Source: Proteromonas lacertae
Taxonomy: Eukaryota
DNA length: 64,000 bases
Assembly (NCBI GenBank): GCA_002245135.1
Contig: NGBS01000877.1
Span: 62,001-126,000 of the forward strand
Reading direction: 5' to 3'
Made by a program: the position numbers and the translations under genes. The notes beneath the pieces are model-generated. The model was not told where the DNA came from and did no database searches. It was given only the letters and a program-made list of their open reading frames with translations. This document shows, piece by piece, positions 12,392 to 25,498 of the stretch (position 1 is its first letter; every line of letters starts with the position of its first letter).

Positions 12392-15006
12392 ATGTCAGTT
12401 GTTTATGGAATTGATGTAGGAAACTACAGTTCTAAAATTAGTTCACTCAATGTTGAAGATGCAGAAGTTAAAGATAATTCCATAGCGAATAATAGTCATT
12501 TAGTTAATAAATTCAAGTATTCTCTATCAGTAATTATATTGTATAGCAATTTAGTTTGTTTTTCCAATAAACGTAGATATTATGATGAAGAGGCTATAAA
12601 GCATGTATTACTATATTATATGTAATAAAACGTATAGAAAAATGATGATAATATATCCTTCTGCTATTTTATTAAAGACGTGCTTGGTATTTCAAATTCT
12701 CTGTATGAAACAGAGATTGAAGATCAATTACCATTCTGCATTACAAATAATTTTGACAAAGATAAATTAGTCTTCAATATATCAGACTCAAATAACCAAA
12801 ATTCACAGTTTTCAATGAATCAAATGTTTTTGATGGTATTACATTATGTAAATGAATTAATGAAATTAAATGAGAATAATAAAGATGATAGTAAAATGGT
12901 ATTTTCATTTCCATCATATTATAATGAAAATCAAAGAAGATTGATGAAAGAATTGGTGTTAGTATATGGATATAGAAATAATTTAATAATACCAGAATAT
13001 TTATCTAAAATGCTATGTTATTGTTATGAAAATGAAAAAATAATAAATGAAAGTGAAAAAGTATTATTAATTGATATTGGATATACAAACTGTAATATGA
13101 GTTTATTTGAAATGGAAAAAGTATAAAATATATAATATAATATAATATAATATAATATAATATAATTAATAATAATAATATAAAATAGAAGAAATGTAAA
13201 TTAATAAAGAATCAAGACAACAAAGAAATCAATGGTCGAATAATAGATAAGAAACTAATGGATAATTTGAATGAGAAGTTGAAAGGTGAGTTTCCCGAAT
13301 GTGATATAAATAAAATTTGAAGTTATGTATAAAGATGAAGAACAAATGTATAGAAATGAAAGAAAAATTATCTGCAACTGGTGCAAGTGAGCATTAATTA
13401 TGTTATAGAATCAATAAACAAAAATGAAGATAATTTTGAAGGAATCTTTAGTATAAATGTATTAAATGAAATACTGAAAGAAATAACAACAAAATTTGAG
13501 ATTATGTTAAATGAAATGATAGATGGTGAAGAAAAGATAGAAGTGATAATAATAGGTGGAACAATGAGAATGAGTATATTAAAAGATATATTAAAGAAGA
13601 AAGATAATATAAAATTGAATGAAACAATGAATATGGATGAAAGTATCAGTAGTGGAAATTGTTATTATTGTTTATTAAAAGAAGGTAAATGGGAATATGA
13701 TATAAGTGAGATAGAAGAAAAAGAGAAATTGAATGACTTAAACAATGTAAAAGTAGAAGATATAAAACCAAGTGAGATGGATTATTATAATGAGATATTA
13801 CGAATTGAGAAACAGATAGAAGATAATGAGAATAATGACTTATATAGATATCTGTCAGATCGTGGTGGTTTTGGTCAATATGGTTATGTTGGTAGTTTTA
13901 TATCTGAAGATAATACTTTAAATAGTTTTAAAAATGATAACAATCCTCCAAAAGAAGAAGAAGTAAAAATAGATGATAATAAAATAGAAAAGGAAGAAGA
14001 AAAGGAAGAAAATGATAATGATAATGAACAACAGAATGATAATAGTGAATAGTGGTAGAGAAGAAAGTAAAGAGAATGAAACAATGAATGAAGAAAGCAA
14101 AGAAGATGATAATGTAGAGAATGATGAAGATGATAGTAAACCAAAAACCAGTGGTAATGAAGAAGATGAAAAACTAAAAGATGAATTTGAGTATAAAAGA
14201 CTTTTAGAAGAGTATAATCTGTTATTAGAAGATTATCCAGATGAAGTATTATCAAAGAAATTGGAGTTATTACAAAATAAATATGAAGTAAATAATAAGA
14301 AAGATGTTAATTACAAAGAGTTGAACAAATCAGTTATTAAACTGTTTAAGAGGAAGAATGATAGTGTTAATAAGAAATTATATACCAAATATGATATTTT
14401 ATCATCAGAATATTCACCTAAATTGGATGAATTGAAAAATTGGATAAAAACACATCCAACAGCTACCACTTCTTATAAAGAATACAAAGAAATCTTTCCA
14501 AGATTTCAAAAGACGATGGTTGAAATTAAAAGAGAAAAATCATTTGTAGAATATGAAAAATTAATGTATATAATAATAATATATATTTATAATTGATAAT
14601 ATATAGAAAAGATTATGAAGAATTAGTTATACAGTATTGTGATGTAAATAATGAACAAGACTCAGAGATAAAGTACAAGTATGATGTAATAAAATCAAAA
14701 TATGAAGATACAAAATCAACTAAAATCAACTATTCTAATAAGATAGAAAGTTTGAAAAAGATATTTGCGCAAAAAGAAGTTGAAGTTAATAACATATTAT
14801 ACTCAGAAATGTATAAATGGGCTTATTATTTTTCGTCAACCTCCGATTTTCATGATTTAGAGAATTTCATCTCTTCTCATCTGCCAGAGAAATCATCTTT
14901 TTCTGAATATTATTATGCTTATAAAAAATACTCAAAGATGTATGATGAACTGTTAAGTAAGCCTACAGGAGATAATTATCCTGAAGAAAGTACTCAAACT
15001 GAATAA
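12392..15006 (+). pseudogene. Divergent Hsp70/Hsp110-like gene, copy B, with two frameshifts
   Basis: MSVVYGIDVG start; 1-nt shortfall in an A-run at ~13313; 7-bp tandem duplication AATAGTG at 14041-14054 creates a stop. Confidence 0.7.
12808..13800 (+). repeat. Right arm of ~1 kb inverted repeat (Hsp70-like core)
   Basis: Near-identical to the reverse complement of 8825-9830 except for two short diverged patches. Confidence 0.9.
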
Positions 15007-15070
15007 AATATACTTAATAAGAGTTATTAATAAATATTTATATATGTTGTATAGGGTATTACTATATTTA

Positions 15071-15531
15071 TCAGTTACTGCTTTGATTTTCATATTCTTC
15101 AAAATTTATATTTGGAGGTTCCTCAAAATCGATTTCAGGATCTGACTCTGAATATCTTTTTTGTTGTTTATTTAATCGATTTTCATACTTTTTAACACTT
15201 TTCACTCTAAAATGTGAAATACAAATAAAAATATACAACATCTTTAATATTCTACAATGATCTTCATACCTTTGTTTTTCATCTTTGATTTCATTTAACA
15301 AACTATCTTTTTCGCTCTTTAAAACTATTGTTGTTTAAATTTAATTGAATACTTTTCAAATTTCTATTTTCTTCTATTAATTCGTTCAATTCTTTACTTA
15401 ATTCACGAATTTCATCTTCTTGTTCTTCTTTCGATGCTTTAGATCTTACAATATTCTCTCTTTTACTAAAATAATTATAATACTAGTCACTTGTACACTG
15501 TAAGTGATCTTTTTTCAGTGTATGAACTCAT
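15071..15531 (-). CDS. Small coiled-coil protein, multi-exon
   Basis: MSSYTEKRSLTVY start, GT-AG introns, E/K-rich exons. Confidence 0.55.
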
Positions 15532-16062
15532 TTCATTTCTAAATTTTAAATTATAAATTAAATTGGCTTGACAAGCTTGATTTATGAAAATGACTTTTTA
15601 TGTGTTCTAAATGAGATAAACATATAAAATATTGTTAGAAAAGAATTAATCAATAATATATGTATAGAAGCAGTATTTATAACTTAGTATAATACATATT
15701 TAGAGTTTATTGTTTTATAAACATTTGAGTGTATAGTCCATCTGTTAGTGACGTTAGAAATATTTATAGTAGTAAGTGAATTATCATTGAAAATACATGA
15801 TAGCAGTTTAATTTCTATATATATTCAAATGTGTATTATTTTAAAATACATGAACAATAACAACAATAATGAATTTATAATAAATCTATAAAAGAATATA
15901 AATTTAGTTTCCAAAGTCATCAAATTTAAAGAATTTATAAAATTATTTAAACAATAATATGAAATTATTCTTAAAAAAGTAGATTTTACTCTTTTTATTT
16001 TATTTTCTTTTATACATCAACAATAAAAATTAAGCAACATATAATTCAGTTAATTCAATAAT

Positions 16063-17238
16063 TTAATAACAATTATTGTAAATTACTTCCATTTCATCAC
16101 CACCAATATCTCCATGTTCACCCAATTTCGTTCCTTCTTTTCGGAATCGATCACAAACTTCTTTTATCCAACTTTTATCTTGACTACATTTACATTCACT
16201 TATTCGAGTTGGAACTTTCATTATATCATGATAGAAATGTTCTATTGCTTTGATTGTCTCTTTCGCTGCACATAATTTATCACTATTCTTTATTCCAAAT
16301 ACAGCTTCACCTAACATTGCTAACTTTTCTTTCTTTTGTTCAATCTTATATTCAAATAATCGAGGTTGAACAATTGCCAATGTTACACCATGATCTAATC
16401 CTAAATTCGCTGTTATTTCATGACCAATATAATGTGTTGACCAATCAACTGGCACACCTAATGGTAATAAACCATATAACGCTTGATTCGCTGCCCATTC
16501 TACATTCGCACGAGCTGTATAGTTTTCTCTTTCTTTCATTACTATTTCACCATTCTTTATTAAAGCTTTCATTAATCCTTCACAATATCGATCTTGACAA
16601 TCAGCATCACATGGCCATGTCACATATTGTTCACAAACATGAACAAAGGCATCTACTACACCATTCGCTGTTTGATTATCAGGTAAAGTATAAGATAAAA
16701 CAGGATCTAATACACTCACTACTGGCAATAATTCATGATGTTGAAGGGCTACTTTTCGATGTAGTTTTCGTCTAGATATTACACCGCCTTCATCACTTTC
16801 ACTTCCAGTGGCTGGTAAAGTCAACACTACAGAGATTGGAACTGCTTTACTAATTGGAGCATGCTTCAATAATAAATCTTCCCAAGGATCACCTTCGAAA
16901 TAAGAAGCTGCAGCGATAAATTTACAACCATCAGCTACAGAACCACCACCTACAGCTAATAAAAAGCATTTATCTACACCAATTTCTTTTATTCTATTTA
17001 CACATTTCATTAAAGTGTCAAAGTCTGGATTTGCTTCGATTCCACCAAAATCTTCCACTGTTCTCTTTCCTAACGCTTTTTTAACTGCATCATATGTTCC
17101 AAATTTTTTTATACTACCTCCACCATAACATAAGATAAAATGTTTATCTTCTGGTAAGTACTGAGGTAATTCTTTTATGGTGTCTTTACCAAACAGGATT
17201 CTAGTTGTATTTTGGAAGTTGAAGTTACCGATTGGCAT
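16063..17238 (-). CDS. yqhD: Iron-containing NADPH-dependent alcohol/butanol dehydrogenase (YqhD/BdhA-like), copy 1, intronless
   Basis: YGGGSIK, GGIEANP, GGGSVADG, TLPATGSE, DAFVH, HYIGH, LDHG. Confidence 0.95.
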   Translation of the reverse strand: MPIGNFNFQNTTRILFGKDTIKELPQYLPEDKHFILCYGGGSIKKFGTYDAVKKALGKRTVEDFGGIEANPDFDTLMKCVNRIKEIGVDKCFLLAVGGGSVADGCKFIAAASYFEGDPWEDLLLKHAPISKAVPISVVLTLPATGSESDEGGVISRRKLHRKVALQHHELLPVVSVLDPVLSYTLPDNQTANGVVDAFVHVCEQYVTWPCDADCQDRYCEGLMKALIKNGEIVMKERENYTARANVEWAANQALYGLLPLGVPVDWSTHYIGHEITANLGLDHGVTLAIVQPRLFEYKIEQKKEKLAMLGEAVFGIKNSDKLCAAKETIKAIEHFYHDIMKVPTRISECKCSQDKSWIKEVCDRFRKEGTKLGEHGDIGGDEMEVIYNNCY

Positions 17239-17567
17239 TTGGTTACTGATTAAAGACTAAAGAAAAATGAAAAGATTTTTAAAATGAAGTGTTTTTTGTA
17301 AAGTAATGTGTTTTTCAAGATTGTTTAAATGGTATATTTGTAACGAAATGGATAATTTAATGTTATTAATAAGATTTAAAAATGAAAAATATTAATGAAT
17401 ATAAAACATAAGTTCAAAAGTCATCAAATTTAAAGAATTTATAAAATTATTTAAACAATAATATGAAATTATTCTTAAAAAAGTAGATTTTACTCTTCTT
17501 ATTTTATTTTATTTTATACATTAACAATAAAAATTAAGCAACATATGAATTCAGTTAATTCAATATT

Positions 17568-18743
17568 TTAATAACAATTATTGTAAATTACTTCCATTTC
17601 ATCACCACCAATATCTCCATGTTCACCCAATTTCGTTCCTTCTTTTCGGAATCGATCACAAACTTCTTTTATCCAACTTTTATCTTGACTACATTTACAT
17701 TCACTTATTCGAGTTGGAACTTTCATTATATCATGATAGAAATGTTCTATTGCTTTGATTGTCTCTTTCGCTGCACATAATTTATCACTATTCTTTATTC
17801 CAAATACAGCTTCACCTAACATTGCTAACTTTTCTTTCTTTTGTTCAATCTTATATTCAAATAATCGAGGTTGAACAATTGCCAATGTTACACCATGATC
17901 TAATCCTAAATTCGCTGTTATTTCATGACCAATATAATGTGTTGACCAATCAACTGGCACACCTAATGGTAATAAACCATATAACGCTTGATTCGCTGCC
18001 CATTCTACATTCGCACGAGCTGTATAGTTTTCTCTTTCTTTCATTACTATTTCACCATTCTTTATTAAAGCTTTCATTAATCCTTCACAATATCGATCTT
18101 GACAATCAGCATCACATGGCCATGTCACATATTGTTCACAAACATGAACAAAGGCATCTACTACACCATTCGCTGTTTGATTATCAGGTAAAGTATAAGA
18201 TAAAACAGGATCTAATACACTCACTACTGGCAATAATTCATGATGTTGAAGGGCTACTTTTCGATGTAGTTTTCGTCTAGATATTACACCGCCTTCATCA
18301 CTTTCACTTCCAGTGGCTGGTAAAGTCAACACTACAGAGATTGGAACTGCTTTACTAATTGGAGCATGCTTCAATAATAAATCTTCCCAAGGATCACCTT
18401 CGAAATAAGAAGCTGCAGCGATAAATTTACAACCATCAGCTACAGAACCACCACCTACAGCTAATAAAAAGCATTTATCTACACCAATTTCTTTTATTCT
18501 ATTTACACATTTCATTAAAGTGTCAAAGTCTGGATTTGCTTCGATTCCACCAAAATCTTCCACTGTTCTCTTTCCTAACGCTTTTTTAACTGCATCATAT
18601 GTTCCAAATTTTTTTATACTACCTCCACCATAACATAAGATAAAATGTTTATCTTCTGGTAAGTACTGAGGTAATTCTTTTATGGTGTCTTTACCAAACA
18701 GGATTCTAGTTGTATTTTGGAAGTTGAAGTTACCGATTGGCAT
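17568..18743 (-). CDS. yqhD: YqhD-like alcohol dehydrogenase, copy 2 (protein identical to copy 1)
   Basis: Identical 391-aa translation in the ORF track. Confidence 0.95.
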   Translation of the reverse strand: MPIGNFNFQNTTRILFGKDTIKELPQYLPEDKHFILCYGGGSIKKFGTYDAVKKALGKRTVEDFGGIEANPDFDTLMKCVNRIKEIGVDKCFLLAVGGGSVADGCKFIAAASYFEGDPWEDLLLKHAPISKAVPISVVLTLPATGSESDEGGVISRRKLHRKVALQHHELLPVVSVLDPVLSYTLPDNQTANGVVDAFVHVCEQYVTWPCDADCQDRYCEGLMKALIKNGEIVMKERENYTARANVEWAANQALYGLLPLGVPVDWSTHYIGHEITANLGLDHGVTLAIVQPRLFEYKIEQKKEKLAMLGEAVFGIKNSDKLCAAKETIKAIEHFYHDIMKVPTRISECKCSQDKSWIKEVCDRFRKEGTKLGEHGDIGGDEMEVIYNNCY

Positions 18744-19028
18744 TTGGTTACTGATTAAAGACTAAAGAAAAATGAAAAGATTTTTAAAATGAAGTGTTTT
18801 TTGTAAAGTAATGTGTGTTTCAAGATTGTTTAAATGGTATATTTGTAACGAAATGGATAATTTAATGTTATTAATAAGATTTAGAAAAACAGAATTTATA
18901 GAAACTGAGTTTCAACAGTTCTGAAACTTTGTTTATTATAAACCTTTAATTTTAAAAAAAGTGTACATCAAAACTATATTTTCTTCAGATATATCTAAAT
19001 AAACACAACTAATTAAATAAATATAGAA

Positions 19029-20702
19029 TTAATTCTTATTTTCCAATGATTGAATTCTAATTGGTGGTATATTTCTTCCATTCTCATTATAAATATCACG
19101 AATATCTCTCTCAGCATGACGATAATCAAATCTATATCAATTATATAATAACAGTATATATATACGTATAATCATTAATAGTTTTTAAACTATCAATTGC
19201 TATTTTATTATATTCACTACTCAATTTATTATATGAATAACAGGTTTGCATTAGAATATCTTCTTTCAACATTAATTCAGTTTCTTGTCTTTCTCTTGTT
19301 CTAATATCATCAGATAATATTTGTAAATCTTTTCTCTTCTTATAATCAATTGTACAAATCTGTTTCAACTGAATATTCTTCAATTCAATTTCATTCTTAT
19401 TTCTTTCCTTCTCCTTTTTATTCTTTATTGACTTTACATGCCATCTATTAATTTGATGACTTCTTTCTCTCTTCATCTATTTATAGATTATATATATATA
19501 TTATATATATACATATTTCTCATATTCACTTCTATTATGAGCAATTTCTCTATATCTCAATTCATTACATTTCTTTATTCTTTGCATTGAATATTCATTT
19601 ATTAATTGATATTCACCGTCTAAATCTAAATTGAGATTTTCTATTTCATCAATCATTTCATTATTACGATTTTCATATCCATTTTCATCTTCAAATGACA
19701 TATACTATGATTTTATCATATTATATATATATACTATTGATTCTGATAGTTCTTTACATTCATCTTCTATTTTACTAATATCAATATTATCACCTAATTC
19801 ATCCAAATGTTGAAATGTCTCTTGAATTGTCATTAACAAATTTTCAAATGCTTTTCTATTAATTCCAACTTTCTGTTTTTCTATTTCACTACTATTTATC
19901 TTCTCACTTAAATATATAACTCTGTGGCTTATATTCCTAATATTGTCTTTACTAATTTCAATAACATCAGTTATCTTATTGATTTGTTCTTCTATTTTGC
20001 TAATTTCGTAGTTATATTTCAGTTTTAAGTATTTACTATGACATTTCCACATATGATACAACGATTGAATCTTTATTGCAGATTTTATTAACTTTCCTTT
20101 ATATTCTCTATTACAATAATATATATATATATATATATATACTTTCTTAAAAATTCCACTAATTGTATAGCTTTCCATTTTCTATAACAACATTCTATCT
20201 TTATTGCTGCTTTACTATTTCTCTCAAATATTATTAATTTATTTTTTTCTTCTTCATTTCTCTTCTTCATTTGATTCTTCCAGAATTTTTGTATTTTCTT
20301 TACACTATTCATTTCTATTTTCATTTTCTTTACCCTTCTACGATATATAAACCCTCTAGCTAAAGATTGTATTATTACAGCACAAGGGATTATTATCTCA
20401 TTTTCAAATGTCATTTTCTTTAATAGTTTTAAGTAATATCTACAAGTAATACCTTTCATAAACTCTATTTTCATAATAATGATAATAATTAATTTATACT
20501 TTGAATAACAATTGCTTTTTCATTTCTTAACACTTCATATAATAATTGTTTATAATATAAACGACTTTTATATCCTCTCATCACTTTCTGTATCTGTATT
20601 ACATTCTTTATCAATTCTCTTCTTTCTTTAACAACTCTTCTGGCTATTAATTGTCTACAAAATGATTGAATTATCTATTATTATTATTAAATATAAAATC
20701 AT

Positions 20703-20736
<34 letters not shown>

Positions 20737-22415
20737 ACTAATTTTGGTATTTCAATATTAGTATAGAAATAATCAATTCTTTTCTTTCTAGCACTTTCTC
20801 TTCCTTTATATCCTCTATAAACTCTTTGAATACTAATCACTGAACCTAATATCTTATTCTCATAATAACTCTGTTTTTTAATAATTATATATTTATTACG
20901 AGTTAAATATCCTCTCACATAACTTTGAAATTTGATTAAACTATTTTTATATCGTTTGTACCATTTAGCTATCTTTCTAGCTGCATGACCTCTGTATATT
21001 CTTTGATAATTAATTATTGCTTTTATACACTTCTCTTTAAATGGTAAACTAATCTGTCTACTCTTATAACCATGATAAACTGATTCTATTGTTAAACATC
21101 CTTCAGTTTTTTCTCTCTTTAATTCCTTAATATATAATCTACATAAGTTACCTCTAAACCATCTTTGTATTGTTAAAGCACTTGATTCTCTCTTCTTTAC
21201 CAATTTTATTAATTTTTTATAATTGAAATATTCTCGAAATTTCTGTTGGATAATTTGAGCACTTTCATTTTCTTCTCTATTTTTGATTCTGTATATATAC
21301 ATAGGTGAATCTGTAGAATGTACAACTGTGGTTAATTTCTCAGAATAAATCATCTCAGATCGAGGATATTTTGGTTTTTCTACTTTAGTAGGCATTGTTC
21401 CTTTTATATATTCACGATTCTGCTTTCTTAATTTATCAGCTTTGTCAGTGTAATTGTATAATTTTCCTTTATTCTTTGGGTTTTCTTCATCAGCCACTAT
21501 TTACATATAAATAAATATTTAATAATAATAAAATATACGTCTATTAAACAATTCATCTCTACTCTTTATCTCTGCATTGGATGTAATAGATTCATATTGT
21601 TTGGTAGTATATGGTATTATCAACCATTTACCATACTTTGGAGGTATATATCTAAATAATTTCAAATCTTTTACTCTTTCACCTAAGAATGTACAATGTT
21701 TCATTCTGTTGATAGTTGATTTACGATTCTTATTCTTTTTAAACCAGAAATAATCTTCTAATATGTTGTAACATTTTTCTATTTTTCATAATTAATAATT
21801 AATATTATATATATATATACCCATTCTGCTTATATAATCTAAATTCTCAAAATCATCACTTACTATTTCTAGTTGGAAATGTGTTTCTAGTACTGGTTCA
21901 TTTTCATAGACACGTTGTGGATCTAATAATCCTTTGTCTCTTTTTTCCATTAAATTAACTATAGCGTTATATGCAGCTGTATCATTGCCAAAAGTACCGA
22001 TGAAATGGAGTTTTGGCTCTAATTTCGCTTTTTTATCCTAGTAAATAGTTAGAAAATGTTATAAATACTGATAAAATATATGCCCTACAAGCCCATCTTA
22101 AATTACGTCTTTCCATTACTTTTTTCCTCATTAAATTTTTGAGAATACCTTTATTTCTATTTCATACATTAATAAATAATCAAAATACCTATAATAATAG
22201 CTTCTATTCTTGATAATCACTTTTTGAGCATTGAACAAAAATGTAAGTGGTTTTACAGAATTAAGTTCAATTTCTAAAGTTAGATTACATAATATACTAG
22301 ACTGTTTGATGAATCTCTCTTCTTTGGGTTGATTCTCTTCTAAATGATTAATATTCTGTTTGATTTGGTTGTTAATAGATGCCTTGACTTTCAATAACGT
22401 TTCTGTACTTGTCAT
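19029..22415 (-). CDS. Multi-IQ-motif calmodulin-binding coiled-coil protein, multi-exon
   Basis: Many IQxxxRGxxxR repeats (IQRWFRG, FQSYVRG, IQRVYRG, IQSLARG). Confidence 0.8.
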
Positions 22416-22542
22416 TATTCTTTCATATTAATCAAAAAAAGAAAAACGAAATAGCTTGATTTATGTTTGATATAATATGGTTATTTTTTCATTAATTTAC
22501 AAAAACCATAAAATTTAAAAATGATAAATAGAGAGTATAGAA

Positions 22543-25368
22543 TCATTCAAATCCACCAAATTCATCATCATCATCATCATTGTTATTGTTATTAGTAATA
22601 CTAGTATTTCGTTGAGGTGAATCATCTTCCTCTTCGTTATTCTGTTGATTGTCATTATTTAGGCCATATTCATCGGGATCACTATCACTACTAATCAAAT
22701 ATATATAAATTATGAATATAATACAAAGAATCCGAGATATTGTTGTAGTAATTATTAACTCTACTCTGTTCATGTAGTTTTGCTTCTTCATTCAAACCTT
22801 TGATATGTTTCATTGCTCTTTTACTAAATTTCCTATTCTCCTGTTCTATATTTTTATTAACAGTGTATGACAAGTATCTCAGTTCAGGTGGTAGATATTT
22901 CATATTTAGTCCTACTGGTTCTGTTGGTTTCTAAAACATAACAAATATATTGATTTATACATTCTTTTTACTTCCACCACCACCTCCATTATCATCTTTT
23001 ACTCCCATTCTTCTCTTTATTTCTTCATTCTCTTTTCTCAATTCTTCTTTTCTTGCTTGCTCTTGTTCAAAACATATATGCGACAATCGATCTAATAATT
23101 CATTCTTATCTCTTGCTCCTGTTGTTTCTTTTAGTTCTTCAAAGTATTGTTTTCTTAATTCTTTAAGTCTTTTATCTCTTTGTTTTCTTGACATTTCTTC
23201 TCTTTCAATTTTTTGAATTTCTCTATTTCTTTCTTCCAATTTTCTCTATTTTATATAATAAAATAAAATAATAATAATGATATATAATGATATATATATA
23301 TATATATATATATATACAGCTACTGTATCTGCAATTAATCTAGAAGCATTTGTAGTTTTTGGTATAAACTCTAGATTTGATTTCATTACTTTTTCTCTAT
23401 AAGCTTTTATCTGTTCTTCTTGTTCAATTGCTTCTCTTTGCTCTCTTTCATGTCTTATAATTTGTCTTTCTCTTATTGTTTTCTTTAAATATTCTAATTC
23501 CTTATAACGATCAGAATTTGGATCATCAAATTTGAATGGTTTTGGTTTAGTAATTCCCATTTTATTCTTCTTATCTCTTACATATTTCTTAAGCGTTTCT
23601 TCTTTCTCTTTTGCTTCTGCTTCAGTTTCTTTGAACTCTTCATCCTTAGCTAATTTCCACATTTCCATTCTTGGAGGTAAATGAGAATTTTGATATAACC
23701 AAATTGCTCTTTTATTAACTCTTTCAATTCTTTTCTGGTTTTCTTCTTCTAACATCTTCTTTATATCTCCATTTTCTATCTTAAATACTCTTGGATCTAC
23801 TTTATTGGCTTTAAATGGTTTGAATTCCTTCATTAATTCTTCATCATATTTCTTCTTTAATTCTTGTTTTCTATCAACTTGATCACCATATCTTTGTTGC
23901 ATCCCTTCAAAAGGTTTGAGCATCTCTTCCAATTCTCTCCTACAAGTTTCATGTCTGGATATTCTTTGGGTTTCTTGATTTTCACACATTTGTTGGTATA
24001 ATAGTTCTTTTGTTGTCTGTGGTAATTCTTTAGCTTTGAATATGAATTTTTGTGTCTTTTGTTTTTCTTTTTGTTTTTGATCTTCAATTCGTTTCTATAA
24101 TAATGACAATAATAATAATAATATACTTTTTGTGCATAATAGTATTTCTTAGCTGCTTTTGTTACAAAGAATTTAGATTCTTTTTCTTTATCAGTAACTG
24201 CAGGTTTCATTTCATTCAATATTCTAACATAATTTACACCATTATATTTACCATTTGAATTAATACTATAAAATTCTCTACAAAATAATAATACATATAA
24301 ACAATAGTAACAATATACTGACTCTTAATAGAATTTACATAATCTGCAAAATCTGCTTCTTCTCTTGATATTACTGGATCTTTCTCTTCTTCTTCTTCTT
24401 TCTCTTGTTGTTTCTCAACTCCATCCATATCTGGATGATCAATTGAACCATTTTCATTACCTTCAAAATGTCTTCTTTTTCTTCTTCTTGTTCTATTTAA
24501 CTCTTTTTGATTCTCTTTTTCTATTTCTTTTTCCTTTGCTCTTCCTATTTAAAAATAAATGAATTATTAAATTATTGAATTAAATACTAATTTCATTTTT
24601 GATTTGTTCATCATCAATGTAATCAATGTCACTATCACTTATATCTATTGAATAATAGTTATTATAATAATAATTATTATTAATATACAATCGTTCATAT
24701 TCATTGGTATATCATTTATTTCTTCTTGAACATCATTCTTTACTTGTTCTAAGAAGTTTTTACTATCAATATTTCTATGTTTTAATTTTGGTTGATTTAC
24801 TTTATATTTTCCTAATTTTTTTCTTAATCTATCTACATACACTTTATCTATTTCCATTTCTTCATATCGTCTCATATTTGCATAGTTTTTGTCTATATCA
24901 TTATCTATATTACTCTTTTTATTATCATCTTCTTCTTTTCCTCTTTTGAGGTCTTTCTCAATCTGATCGAGTATTGAATCAGGTATATCTGGTACATTAG
25001 ATGTATAATGTAAACAAGTTCTTGGTGTGGTGCTACTTGAACGTATTGGAGTATTTTTCTTTGAATTTGATGCTGATCTTCTTAGTGATGAAGATGAATT
25101 GGTTGATTTATTCAATCCTCCACGTCTCCAAGCCCACACCTCTGGACGATATTGATTCCACTATTAGAAATAGAATTTTAAATTAATACTTCTCTATCTA
25201 TTAATGTATGATGCTTGTCATAATGTTTCTGTAATGCTTCGTTCATTTCTTTAAACTTTTCAGGCTATATTATCACATTATCTGAATATACCATTTCTTT
25301 TTTGTTCTCGTAGTACAGACCATGTTGTATTCTTTCTTTAACACTATCAATGTCATATTTATCAGCCA
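22543..25368 (-). CDS. FAM161: FAM161-like (UPF0564) centriole/microtubule-binding protein, multi-exon
   Basis: KPFKANKV, LPPRMEMW and TKPKPFKF motifs within coiled coils. Confidence 0.65.
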
Positions 25369-25498
25369 TTTGATTCAAATTTTCAAATTTTTGAAATAAA
25401 AAGACAAAAAGACAAGTGTATTCATGTATTATTTTCAAACAATAATTCAAGCTATCAATATTAAAACTATCTATTTTACCATTATATAATAATTATTA

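Larger units (their letters stand above)
15913..18883. repeat. Direct tandem duplication, period 1505 bp (units ~15913-17378 and ~17418-18883)
   Basis: Same CDS and flanks; a few substitutions/indels seen only in the non-coding flanks. Confidence 0.95.

Noticed and set aside
24220..24285. Apparent micro-exon or non-canonical intron in FAM161
   Set aside because: The segment reads through in frame (EFYSINSNGKYNGVNYVRIL); no intron needed
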